Source: Epithemia pelagica
Lineage: Eukaryota > Protista > Bacillariophyta
Direction of reading: 5' to 3'
Length of the DNA stretch: 64,000 nucleotides
NCBI GenBank assembly: GCA_946965045.2
Contig: OX337237.1
Coordinates: 2,604,001 to 2,668,000, forward strand
Shown here in pieces: positions 11,332 to 21,765 of this stretch. The translations under genes were made by a program, and so were the position numbers. The notes beneath the pieces were generated by a model. The model saw only the letters and a program-made list of their open reading frames with translations, had not been told where the DNA came from and searched no databases. Position 1 is the stretch's first letter. Each line of letters opens with the position of its first letter.

Positions 11332-12882
11332 TTGCCTTCCACCATGTCTTCATCCACTGCCCCTGAAAATCCCAAGGAAGATTTCAAGGCTGCCGTTAAA
11401 CGCTGTGGATACAATGATGCCACCGTTTCCTACATCATTGAGCAGGGTTTTGATGATGCTCAATCGTTCATGACTGTTGCGGTCCATCAAGTGCCGTCGA
11501 TGTTGAAGATGATGGCAAAGACCCCTCCGGAGAACGGGGCCTTTCCCTTCAGTGCTAACCTGCAGCTCCACGGCTTCCGAATGTGGCTCGAATACCGTTC
11601 GTCTCGTGGTCAGGCTCTTAAAGTCTCACTTTTCTCTGATCCGCCCCTGATCAAGAAATGGACCAAACGTACCCAGGAACTGTTTGCACTCAACAAGGAA
11701 GTTGCCTCCGATGAACTGACCCCACCGAAAGAGTTGACTTCGTTTACTCAGTGGGAAGTGTTTAACGATGCCTTGCTCACGTTCCTTGCACAGCATCGCA
11801 ATCCCACAACGGGTGTCCCTTTGACATACGTCCTTCGTGAAACTAAACCTGTCGGTTCTGAAGCAAGGAATGCTGCCTACGATACTATCGATGACGATTT
11901 GATTGCTACTACTATCCTGCAAGGTGATCAGTATGCCCTTGACAATCAACGCGTCTTCACACTGATGAAACCTTTTCTTGTTGGCGGACCTGGCCTGACG
12001 TTCATCAAGCCACACCAAAAGAAGAAGGACGGCCGTGAGGCGTATCTTGCGTTGACTCGCCAAGCTACTGGAACAGCAGCTGTCACCATCCGCAAGAAAG
12101 AAGCATACGCTGCTATTGCCGACGCGAAGTTTACAGGCCGCGGTCGTTTCTCGTATCAACAATATGTTCACCGCCATCAGAAAGCTCATAATACGTTGGC
12201 TGAACTTGATGAACCCGTTGCCGAAACCAAAAAGGTAACCGATTTCCTCAAAGGTATATCGGATCCCTCTTTGGCGGCGGGAAAGACGGTCGTCAACGGT
12301 GACGCAGCAAAGCTTTCTGATTTTGAAGCATGCCAGCAGTATTTTGGCACGTTGATTGCTGCATCCCGTACCGACAAGACCAATGACGAGAATCGAAAGA
12401 TTGCTGGTGTGGGTACAACTAAGACTAGTGGAAAGAAGAATGGTCGTAACAAGCAGAATAAAAAGAAGACACGTCATTACAGTTTGGATGAATGGCGCAA
12501 GCTCTCTGATGAAGAGAAGGCCGAAATCCTCCGTGCCCGTAAAGAACAGAAAGACGCTAATGGAAAGCGCAAGGCCGGAGCCGTGCGAACTGAAGATGAA
12601 AATGGCTCTCGCAAGTTGAGTAAAACTGAAACTCCAAAGTCTGATGACGTGAAATTGGAGACCACTGACCTGGATGGGGACGACGCGCCGAACCATTCCG
12701 AGCCTGATCCTCCTGTTGCTGATGAACCGACTGTTCCCAAAACCTCAGCCGGAAACAGTTTCGGACGCTTTGCCCATAGTAAAAAAGGATCTACAGAGCC
12801 GCACAACCCTGATGAAACCAAGGAGCCTACAACTGCCGTTGCAAAAGCTGCCCTTGCTGATAAGGCCACAAAGCAGACCTGA
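11332..12882 (+). CDS. gag: Copia Gag (516 aa)
   Basis: First long ORF inside the LTRs. CoDi-like motifs GVPLTYVLR, YQQYVHRHQKAH and YSLDEWRKLSDEEK. Confidence 0.9.
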   Translation: MPSTMSSSTAPENPKEDFKAAVKRCGYNDATVSYIIEQGFDDAQSFMTVAVHQVPSMLKMMAKTPPENGAFPFSANLQLHGFRMWLEYRSSRGQALKVSLFSDPPLIKKWTKRTQELFALNKEVASDELTPPKELTSFTQWEVFNDALLTFLAQHRNPTTGVPLTYVLRETKPVGSEARNAAYDTIDDDLIATTILQGDQYALDNQRVFTLMKPFLVGGPGLTFIKPHQKKKDGREAYLALTRQATGTAAVTIRKKEAYAAIADAKFTGRGRFSYQQYVHRHQKAHNTLAELDEPVAETKKVTDFLKGISDPSLAAGKTVVNGDAAKLSDFEACQQYFGTLIAASRTDKTNDENRKIAGVGTTKTSGKKNGRNKQNKKKTRHYSLDEWRKLSDEEKAEILRARKEQKDANGKRKAGAVRTEDENGSRKLSKTETPKSDDVKLETTDLDGDDAPNHSEPDPPVADEPTVPKTSAGNSFGRFAHSKKGSTEPHNPDETKEPTTAVAKAALADKATKQT

Positions 12883-15800
12883 GGCTGTGTGCCCAGTGAT
12901 GAAATTGATAAAACGAATCTTATCCGTCCACATTTCTCACTTGTAGGCACCCCTACCTTCAGCTTAGCCTTTGCACACCGTTTATGTGCTGCCGTATCAC
13001 AGTCCCATACCACTGATCCGATTGATCTGACATGTGAAATGGACTCGCATGCTGACACTTGTTGTGTTGGTCGCAACTTTGTGAAATTCAGGGAACCTGA
13101 CCGTTACATCACTGTTTCCCCATTCTCAGAGGAATATAAACCCCTCGAGCGTATCCCCGTCACCACGACCGCCACTGTCTGGACTGATGCCCACAACAAT
13201 AGTTATCTATTGCTGTTTCACGAGTCGTTATTCTTCGGGGACCGATTGTCCCAATCATTGATTTGTCCCAATCAACTGCGTTCAAACGGCCTCATTGTCC
13301 ATGATGTGCCGCGTCAGTTTGACCCTTACAGCACACACAGCATTCGTATTCCCGATGCTGACCTGACCATTCCTCTAGAAATGTCCGGTGTTATCTCTGG
13401 CTTCGCGACCACGAAGCCAACCCCGGAGGAGCTCGAGTCGCTCCCACAGATAGTCATGACTGCTGATTCGGTGTGGCACCCTCATTCGTCCACCTTTGCT
13501 GCCGCGGAGGAGAAAGCCAATGCATCCAACGCATCTGCTGTCCGCCAAGTTGATCCGAATTCGATTGCCGCATCCTGTGTCCCGCGATTGGTTGCTGCCG
13601 TCCGATCATACGACGAAACCTATGGCTATTGCATGGAACTTGAGAATGACGAGGATGAACTATGCAACCGATTAGTTGCTGCCGTTCGAGTGTCCCATCC
13701 ACCGAGTGCCGAGGACACTGTGGACATTGAGGACCTTGATCCCGACGAATACTTTCTCAAAGCCGTTAAGTCTGCTTCGTCACGACCAACGAAAGCCGTA
13801 AAAGTCTTGCCATCTTCTTCTAAGACTGTACTTGATCCCCAGACCTTGTCTTCTCGATGGAATGTCGGCCTTACTAAGGCCAAGAAGACTTTACAAGTGA
13901 CAACCCAGGCTGGGGTCCGAAATGTCCTTGTCCCATCCGAACGCAAGGTCCGAAAGAAAGCTCCATGGCTCAAATTCCCGAATGTCAAGGGACGATGGTT
14001 TTGCGACGAGATGTTCTCCAAGTGCCCATCGCTTGATCTTCACACGGGTGCTTCCGTATTTACTGATGGAAAGGGCTATGATTTTGTCTATCCCTGGAAA
14101 TCAAAGAAGCAACACCCTGAAGGTCTGATGTCCCTTATCCAGAATGTCGGAATTCCTCAGACGTTAATTTCTGATGGTGCGCAAGAGCTATTTCATGGAC
14201 GTTCTCGTGAGATCTGTAATGAGTACCGTATCAAACAAGAAGTGACCGTCCCATACAGTCAATGGCAGAATGCCGCCGAAGCGAGCATCCGTGAGTTGAA
14301 GAAAGGTGTTATTAGGAAGTTACGTCAAACTGGGGCACCACGACGCACATGGTCCTATGCGCTGAAGTGGGTTGCCTCTGTCCGCCAGTTAACTGCCTCT
14401 GATATCCCTGAACTTAATGGACGAACGCCATTTGAACACGTTCTTGGATCGACACCCGACATCTCTCCCATGGCTTTGTTTGATTTCTATCAACCTGTAT
14501 ACTATTATACGCCGTCGCATGACTTCCCTCATGAGCGTAAATGTATTGGGCGCTGGCTTGGTCTTGCCGATGACTGTATTGATGACATGGCCTTCAACGT
14601 CTTGACAGAGAAAGGTCGAGTTATTGTCCGAAAAGATGTGTGGGCAATCCCTGACGACGATATGAAAAATCCCACAATCCGTCAACAACTGGAAGTCTAT
14701 GATGGTCTTATCAAGACTCTCCTCGTGGATACATCGCCGTCTTCCGATGAAGATGCCGCCAACGTTTCCCCTGATCCACCCAATGATTTCTTTGGAGAAG
14801 ACGAAAGCGAATCTCTCTTTCCTGCTGCTCTTGACTCCGATACACCTCTCCCTGATGCTGACGACTACACTCCGGAGGAGTTAGACGAATATCTCACAGC
14901 CGAAGTCATGCTGCCGCATGGCGGGGACCAGGCCAGAGCCAAGATCATAGGCCGCTCCAAAGATGAACATGGCCGACCAATTGGCAAACGTGATCCAAAT
15001 CCAATCTTAGACACACGTTTCTATGACGTGCTGTATCCCGATGGATCGACCGAATCTCTTGCTGCCAATCTCATTGCCGAGAACCTTTACTCTCAAGTCG
15101 ACACTGAGGGCAACTCCTATGCCATTGTAAAGGATATCATTGGACATCGCAAAACCAAGGACGCTGTCCTCCGAACGGATCCGGACTGGTTGAATGGCCG
15201 TAAACGCCATACAACCGTTGGTTGGGAACATGAGTGTGAACTCTCCGATGGTTCTACTGTTTGGATCCCTCTCAAAGATCTCAAAAACGATTCGCCTGTA
15301 CAACTAGCCGAATATGCTGTTGCGGCGGGGCTTGCCAAAGAACCGGCCTATGCCTGGTGGGTTCCACATACGTTACGCAAACGTGGTGTGATTCTTGCGA
15401 AAGTAAAATCTCGCTATTGGAAACGTACCCACAAATATGGTATTGAACTGCCCAAAACCGTTCAAGAAGCTCTTGAGATTGATCGTCGAACGGGGACTGA
15501 TTTCTGGCGGAAAGCCATCGAAAAGGAGATGAAAAATGTTCGCATTGCCTTTGAATTCCGTGATGATGACAAAGTACCAATTGGATACAAACATATCCCA
15601 TGTCATATGGTCTTTGATATCAAGTCTGATCTTCGCCGTAAAGCCCGACTGGTTGCCGGCGGGCATAAGACTGATCCACCGAAGGAATCCACGTACTCCA
15701 GTGTTGTATCCCGTGATAGCGTACGAATCGCATTCACTGTCGCTGCCCTTAATGGCCTGGACGTGTTGGCCGGGGACGTACAAAATGCATACCTCAATGC

Positions 15801-17139
15801 ACCAACAAAAGAGCGAACTTATATTACGGCGGGACTAGAATTTGGTCCCGAAAACGTTGGCCGACCTGCACTGATTGTTCGTGCTCTGTATGGTTTGAAG
15901 AGTTCTGCTGCTCGTTGGCGTGATCACATTGCCGCAACACTTCGTGAAATGAAGTTCAAAAGTTGCTTGGCTGACCCTGATGTCTGGCTTCGACCTCAAG
16001 TCCGACCATCTGATGGGTTCCAATACTATGAGTATGTACTTGTCTACATAGACGACATACTCTGTGTCAGTCATGATCCGCGATCGATCATGAATGACCT
16101 GGAAAAACGGTATACAATCAAACCCGAGAGTATTAAAGACCCAGACGAATACTTGGGATCTGAGATTCGACACTATACCATACCAGATACTGACGATCCT
16201 GAGAACAAACCCCGATGGGCCATGTCCTCCGACAAATATGTTAAACGTGCCATATCTGAAATTGAGACCGAACTGTCTAAAGTTGGCCAAAAGCTACAGA
16301 CACGAGTCTCAACTCCGCTTGCCACTGGGTATCGTCCTGAGATTGACTCATCTCCTGAACTGGACCCCCGACGTGCAAATTACTATCAGGGACTAATTGG
16401 TATCCTTCGTTGGGTTGTGGAACTTGGTCGTATCGATATCATTGTTGCCGTATCACAACTGTCCCGATATCTAGCCATGCCACGTGAAGGACACCTCGAA
16501 CAAGCCTTGCACATTTTTGCATACCTAAAAGCGCATGGACGTTCCACCCTAGTGTTCGACGACACAACTCCGACCTTCGACGAGGATCGTTTCTTCCAGG
16601 CAGACTGGTCTGAATACTACCCTGATGCTAGTGACCCTTTGCCGCCCAATATGCCACCACCTCGTGGACGGGCTGTTACCACAACTTGTTTTGTTGATGC
16701 CGATCACGCTGGTTGTCTTGCTACGCGTCGCTCACAAACTGGTATTCTTATGTTCTTACAACGAGCACCTATCTTGTGGTATTCCAAACGACAGAGTACT
16801 GTTGAGACATCAACATTTGGCTCCGAATTTGTCGCAATGAAGACTGCCATCGAACAGATAGAGGGTTTCCGTTACAAGTTGAGAATGATGGGCATTCCAC
16901 TTGATGGCGAAACCAATGTGTTCTGTGATAATGAATCTGTCTTCAAGAGTGCAACCATGCCTGAAGTCACTCTGAAGAAGAAACACAATGCGATTGCTTA
17001 CCATCGCACACGTGAGGCACAAGCCGCCAACATCGTGCGTATCGCCTGGGAAGAAGGTGAAACCAATCTTGCGGACCTGCTGACAAAATCGTTACCAGGA
17101 CCCCGATTGCGTTTTCTAGCACAACGCGTTTTGTGGTGA
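12883..17139 (+). CDS. pol: Copia Pol (protease, integrase, RT, RNase H), in frame with gag behind one TGA
   Basis: Protease DSHADT; integrase CDEMF / ISDGAQE / AEASI; RT FDIK..KARLVAGG, GDVQNAY, ALYGLKSS, YIDD; RNase H FVDADHAG, CDNESV, DLLTK. Confidence 0.96.
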   Translation, partial: GCVPSDEIDKTNLIRPHFSLVGTPTFSLAFAHRLCAAVSQSHTTDPIDLTCEMDSHADTCCVGRNFVKFREPDRYITVSPFSEEYKPLERIPVTTTATVWTDAHNNSYLLLFHESLFFGDRLSQSLICPNQLRSNGLIVHDVPRQFDPYSTHSIRIPDADLTIPLEMSGVISGFATTKPTPEELESLPQIVMTADSVWHPHSSTFAAAEEKANASNASAVRQVDPNSIAASCVPRLVAAVRSYDETYGYCMELENDEDELCNRLVAAVRVSHPPSAEDTVDIEDLDPDEYFLKAVKSASSRPTKAVKVLPSSSKTVLDPQTLSSRWNVGLTKAKKTLQVTTQAGVRNVLVPSERKVRKKAPWLKFPNVKGRWFCDEMFSKCPSLDLHTGASVFTDGKGYDFVYPWKSKKQHPEGLMSLIQNVGIPQTLISDGAQELFHGRSREICNEYRIKQEVTVPYSQWQNAAEASIRELKKGVIRKLRQTGAPRRTWSYALKWVASVRQLTASDIPELNGRTPFEHVLGSTPDISPMALFDFYQPVYYYTPSHDFPHERKCIGRWLGLADDCIDDMAFNVLTEKGRVIVRKDVWAIPDDDMKNPTIRQQLEVYDGLIKTLLVDTSPSSDEDAANVSPDPPNDFFGEDESESLFPAALDSDTPLPDADDYTPEELDEYLTAEVMLPHGGDQARAKIIGRSKDEHGRPIGKRDPNPILDTRFYDVLYPDGSTESLAANLIAENLYSQVDTEGNSYAIVKDIIGHRKTKDAVLRTDPDWLNGRKRHTTVGWEHECELSDGSTVWIPLKDLKNDSPVQLAEYAVAAGLAKEPAYAWWVPHTLRKRGVILAKVKSRYWKRTHKYGIELPKTVQEALEIDRRTGTDFWRKAIEKEMKNVRIAFEFRDDDKVPIGYKHIPCHMVFDIKSDLRRKARLVAGGHKTDPPKESTYSSVVSRDSVRIAFTVAALNGLDVLAGDVQNAYLNAPTKERTYITAGLEFGPENVGRPALIVRALYGLKSSAARWRDHIAATLREMKFKSCLADPDVWLRPQVRPSDGFQYYEYVLVYIDDILCVSHDPRSIMNDLEKRYTIKPESIKDPDEYLGSEIRHYTIPDTDDPENKPRWAMSSDKYVKRAISEIETELSKVGQKLQTRVSTPLATGYRPEIDSSPELDPRRANYYQGLIGILRWVVELGRIDIIVAVSQLSRYLAMPREGHLEQALHIFAYLKAHGRSTLVFDDTTPTFDEDRFFQADWSEYYPDASDPLPPNMPPPRGRAVTTTCFVDADHAGCLATRRSQTGILMFLQRAPILWYSKRQSTVETSTFGSEFVAMKTAIEQIEGFRYKLRMMGIPLDGETNVFCDNESVFKSATMPEVTLKKKHNAIAYHRTREAQAANIVRIAWEEGETNLADLLTKSLPGPRLRFLAQRVLW

Positions 17140-17293
17140 TTACATGATCGAATTCATTGTCCTCACACCCCTCTTTTATTGTCTGAATAGACACCCCTCT
17201 TAATTGAGAAAAAATAGTCCTGATGGACCGGCCTCTGCTGAAACAAGTCGTGGGCGACCTAGTCGAAATGCTTCCGATCTAGCTCGCGGGGAC

Positions 17294-17467
17294 TGAATAA
17301 ATCCCGCCAACAGGTCGCATATTGGCGGATACATGGTCGCATATTGGCGAATATGCATCGCCTACATATGCTGCTACGCCTCTAGTTTTCTAGTCATAAT
17401 TTTGGTCTAGCCACTTGTTGCACGCCGTATACACCGTGTTGTAGCGTGTAGTGGTAGAATTTATACA
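17294..17467 (+). repeat. 3' LTR
   Basis: Identical to the 5' LTR and preceded by the short purine tract CGCGGGGAC. Confidence 0.95.
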
Positions 17468-17491
17468 CATGGACTCCAGATGACACAATCA

Positions 17492-17728
17492 ATAGTATAT
17501 ACTTTGTCGTGACAACAATCAAGAAAAGAAGAACCAGGGACGAAAAACGACCACATACTCGAATACAACGTGTAATCATACTAGAAAACGAGGATACACA
17601 AAGACACTACTATCAAATGCTGGAACTATGCAGAGGGTATATATGCAAAGGAAACCTCATGACTTGCTTGGAAATTGTAGTCGCACGCAAGGACTTTTCG
17701 TGTCTGTTGCGATACCAGTTTGATATCC
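17492..17728. repeat. 238-bp direct repeat, copy 2
   Basis: Matches 3376-3613. Confidence 0.9.
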
Positions 17729-18092
17729 CACACATGCATGAAGAATGGGTCGGTCAGTGTGGCTTGAACCGTCTTTATCCAGTCCAGCAAGAAATATGGA
17801 ATAGGAAGATTATGGTGTGATCTCGCTCGTTCGGTTGACGTTCTGTTCTATTACTTTATTTTGTTATACTGTGCTTTCTAGTTTGGCCGTGGGAGGGTCC
17901 ACCACCTATACACACATACAGTCACACAGAGTTTGGACCGAAACGGACAGCCGCCCCTTCGCAAGGTCGCGTTCCCGGCGAACGCGTGGATCGTCCTTTC
18001 TCCTTCCTCCTCCGACGACTGGGTAATTTGTAGAGTTGACGTTTGGACTGCCCAAAATTACCCGGACTGTCGGTTGTTTCTTGTATTTCTTC

Positions 18093-20417
18093 TTACTTGT
18101 TGGTTTGTTGGGGTCGTCGTTTTCGCATGGTATCAAAAAATTCCGAAACCCCCTTGAGGGCAATTTGAGACGCGAGAAATTGCGGTACGACACCCAAGGA
18201 ATATTCCACTTGACTCAAACTGGTCAAATCGGTCCACTCGGGATGATTGGGGACGGAGCGAATCACATTGACCCCCCACACAATTTGATTGGTCTTTTTC
18301 TGGTTGTTCTTGTTGGCGTGGGTGTCTCGTCCTCGCGAACGACGATGACGACGGGAGGAGGATTGTTGTTGTTGTTTGTTCGAATGTTTTTCTGCATTGT
18401 CGTTCGTGCCGTCCTTCTGGTTGCTCTTGTCCGTCTCGTCACGGGCATGGGTCACACCCGTGGGTCCCACTCCCACACTTCGACTGACAATGACATAGCC
18501 ATGATCGTGCGGTTCGAGCAATCGTCGACAATGCATGAGACAGGTAACATGGACAGACAATTGCGTAAAGGGAACACGCGTTTCACTTTCAATCACTTTG
18601 CACTGTCCCACAATACTTTGAGGATGATCGTCATGCTGTGGATTCGGGTGGTCCTGTGCTTGTGGTAATGGTTGCTCCTTATTGGTGGGGTCCTCCTGGT
18701 GAGAGAGTGGCACGGTGAGCAGCGTGGTGCGTCCGAGACTAAAGGCATTGTATTCGTTGGTTCGGTCATTGTCCCAGAGCAATTGGACCAACTCGTAGGG
18801 TGCCAATGGAATCATGCCACGGGCCAAATACATGGGAAACGACGACCCGCCTGGCACATGAGTCATGGTGGAGGACCACAACAAGGTTTCCCGTTGCAAC
18901 GTTTGCAAGCGCTCTCCCACCGACTGTGGTTGCAACCGCTTCAAGACGGCTTGCGTCGATCCTTGACACTTCCATTCCCAACCATGATTGTTGTTGTTAT
19001 TGTTGTTGGAATGATAGGTGGGATTCCGCAATTGCACCGAGGCATGCGAGGAGACCAAGGTCAACCCACGGGCCACCAACAAATCCAAGGCTTGCTCGAC
19101 AATGGTTGGACCGTTGTCGTCGTGGAGGCCGTGGCTCCTCAAGTCGACCTGGGTCACCCTCTTTTGTCCCTGTTTGTTCATGTTGGTAGTGTCGCCATCC
19201 TCCTGTGGATCGTTGTTCTTGGTGTTGTCGTCCTTCTTCTGGTCCGTGACATGATTGCTGCCTTGCATCATGACTACCAATCCCAAATCGGCCACGGACA
19301 AGACCAGGTTGGACTCCTCCGCACCGTCCTTGTGGTCCTTGTCTTGTTGTTCATCGTCGTCACTGTCGTCACTGTCCATAGGTTCGGCAATGGCGGGCAA
19401 GGCCAAGCGTTGTTGCAAGACTTGCGTCGAAGGCAATTCCAATCGGCGACGGCGAGTCTGGGGACTCGGCAGACACAAACTGCAGACATCGGCCGTGACT
19501 TGGTGCGTGGCGTGGACCAACCATCCGAGAGCTTGCGAATGCCATGCCGTCGGTGGTACGGAGGAGGCTAGTGTCCGTGTCGTTTCGTCGTCCTTGTCCT
19601 TCTTTTTTGGTGGAGTGGTAGTCTTTGGATGGTCCAAACTACGAGGTTGTTGGAGTACGAGTCCTCGAGGCACCAGTGCGGGCAGTGACACGACGGTCTG
19701 TACAACCAGTCGTCCCGGAACCGTAACAGTATCCCACACACACGCTTGCAAGGCATGGACGACAACGACCGATTGATGTCGCACCTGATGGACTTGAGTG
19801 GAGTCCCACACGGCCTGCCAGGCTTGCATCCAGTCGGACCAGGAATCCATCAAGACAATCCACGATGACGAAGACGACGAACAAGAAGAAGAAGTGGAGA
19901 GGGAAGAGGTGGTTGTCGTGACCACTACCACAGTCTGGGAGGGTTGGGAACAAGCCAAGACGGTGGTGCCCGCGTCCTCCTTGGCTTCTTGTTGTTGTAG
20001 TTGTGGTGGTGGTGGTGGTGGTGGTGCTTGTGACGTTGAGTTTGAAACTGGTGGCTGTGGTTCTGATTGTTGTTGTTGTTGGTGGTGCCGACGTCGTTGT
20101 TTGCGATGTTGTTGTGCCGCCGCGGCAATGCCACGACGCAAATGAAAGGTCATGCGATCCCATCCTCCTCCAGGACGAGTAGGGCGTTGTGATTGTTGTT
20201 GTGATGATTGTTGTCTGGGTCGAGAGGAAAAGGAGGAACAAGAAGACGAAGCTTCCAATACGGGCGGGTCGTGTTCCTGGTTCGTTTTCGAGTCGAAGGA
20301 GGAGGACATGCCGTTTCCTCCTCGTAGTAGTATGGAAGAGGACGAGGAGGACCCCAACGAGGATGAGGAGGACGATGGGTCACTATTGGTACTTTGGACC
20401 ACGATTCGTGGTTTCAT
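18093..20417 (-). CDS. START/SRPBCC-like lipid-binding domain protein with long low-complexity N-terminus
   Basis: C-terminal YLARGMIPLAPYELVQLLWDNDRTNEYN, YVIVSRSV and WGVNVIRSVP..TSLSQV. Likely ATG at 20417; the ORF is open to 20474. Confidence 0.7.
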   Translation of the reverse strand: MKPRIVVQSTNSDPSSSSSSLGSSSSSSILLRGGNGMSSSFDSKTNQEHDPPVLEASSSCSSFSSRPRQQSSQQQSQRPTRPGGGWDRMTFHLRRGIAAAAQQHRKQRRRHHQQQQQSEPQPPVSNSTSQAPPPPPPPQLQQQEAKEDAGTTVLACSQPSQTVVVVTTTTSSLSTSSSCSSSSSSWIVLMDSWSDWMQAWQAVWDSTQVHQVRHQSVVVVHALQACVWDTVTVPGRLVVQTVVSLPALVPRGLVLQQPRSLDHPKTTTPPKKKDKDDETTRTLASSVPPTAWHSQALGWLVHATHQVTADVCSLCLPSPQTRRRRLELPSTQVLQQRLALPAIAEPMDSDDSDDDEQQDKDHKDGAEESNLVLSVADLGLVVMMQGSNHVTDQKKDDNTKNNDPQEDGDTTNMNKQGQKRVTQVDLRSHGLHDDNGPTIVEQALDLLVARGLTLVSSHASVQLRNPTYHSNNNNNNNHGWEWKCQGSTQAVLKRLQPQSVGERLQTLQRETLLWSSTMTHVPGGSSFPMYLARGMIPLAPYELVQLLWDNDRTNEYNAFSLGRTTLLTVPLSHQEDPTNKEQPLPQAQDHPNPQHDDHPQSIVGQCKVIESETRVPFTQLSVHVTCLMHCRRLLEPHDHGYVIVSRSVGVGPTGVTHARDETDKSNQKDGTNDNAEKHSNKQQQQSSSRRHRRSRGRDTHANKNNQKKTNQIVWGVNVIRSVPNHPEWTDLTSLSQVEYSLGVVPQFLASQIALKGVSEFFDTMRKRRPQQTNK

Positions 20418-21765
20418 CTCGACAATATAGTTTGCGAATAAGGCTGGGAATCCTTGGCCCTTTTCCCTGGGCAATGCAACTAGCTACTCTAGACAAGCGT
20501 GTGTGTTGTTGCTTGCGTTTCTCCTTGGGTTTGCTGGCTTGTTTGTGGAGATAAAAAGTTCACGTTGTGTCTCCAACACCAATAGGATTGTATTCCTCTT
20601 CAATCTTCTTTCAAGAGGAGAAGAGGGGGATATGTGATATGTTGGGGTTGTTGGAATGTGGAATTGGAAATATTGGAACTTCCCCGAAGAACGACGGCGT
20701 GGATGATGATGCGCTGTCTCTGTGCCCAGCGAGTTCTTGTCGGTCGCTCCAAAAAGGTGTGCCGATTTGCCTCGTACACAACAACCCATACAAACGGCAT
20801 CGGGCAGTACTACAAGCTGAGTTCAGGGAGTATGTTCCTGTCGTAGACCCCTGTACAATTAGTACCAGAAGAACAATCCTCGAAAGCGTTTGTGACCGAC
20901 TCGCGACTTCCCAGTGGCTTAAATTAATATTTTGTTACCCAGAGTGTAGTGTGTGATTTCTTCCGAACGCTAGAATTTCGTTAAAATTACAAAAAACGGT
21001 TGACTGTTGACCATGGTGGAGGGCCATCCCAACCGTTCGAGATGTTGCCGAGCTGCACCCAGCTCCCTTGGGGTGTCGTTGGACCACCACCAATGGGGCA
21101 ACATCTCGAACGGTTGGCATCATCCGCAATGACACGATCATCGGACGCACCCCACGCACGATAGTCTCGTACAAAAGACGAAGTTTTTCTCTGGGGGAAC
21201 GAGCTTGTCGAGAGTCGAGATGTTTCGGAAGCACACTTTTCACAAGAGAGGCATAATAAGAAGGATAAGAAGGGCTATATTAAGTGGATGGCTGGCGCGA
21301 AATACGTAGATTTCCTACTGGAGCGCTACGACAGGAACATTCTGTCTGAACTCAGCTTGTAAGGTTACCTACTACTACTGCCCCAACGAGAACTCGGGGA
21401 GGTGGAACAGAATCTACTATTGTATACGGAGGCACGACTGGAAAGCGGCGCGTCACGCGTCCGAGTACGCAAGGCCGACCGAAGGCGTCACACCGATTGG
21501 TCGCGGATTTTTTGGGTCGCGCAAGATGATTGGGTCGCGGAAAAGTCTGACAGTCGACTCCCTCCCTCCGCCGAGATCTCCCCAAACTCGTATTCGCTCT
21601 GTTCTATGGAAGACGCCCCAAGATTTGCAACGACACTTTCTACCTCTAGAGTCTGTCTTGAGAGAGAGAGAAGAGAGAAGAGAGAGTTTGTCCGCGATCC
21701 ACATCTACTACACACAAGAGAGAAGAGAGACAAGAAGAAGAAGAAGCGCTGCTGGGGGTAGATCC

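Larger units (their letters stand above)
10452..17467 (+). mobile_element. Full-length Ty1/Copia (CoDi-like) LTR retrotransposon
   Basis: 174-bp LTRs at 10452-10625 and 17294-17467, identical by eye, with TG...CA ends. gag followed by pol in PR-INT-RT-RH order. CATG on both flanks. Confidence 0.97.
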
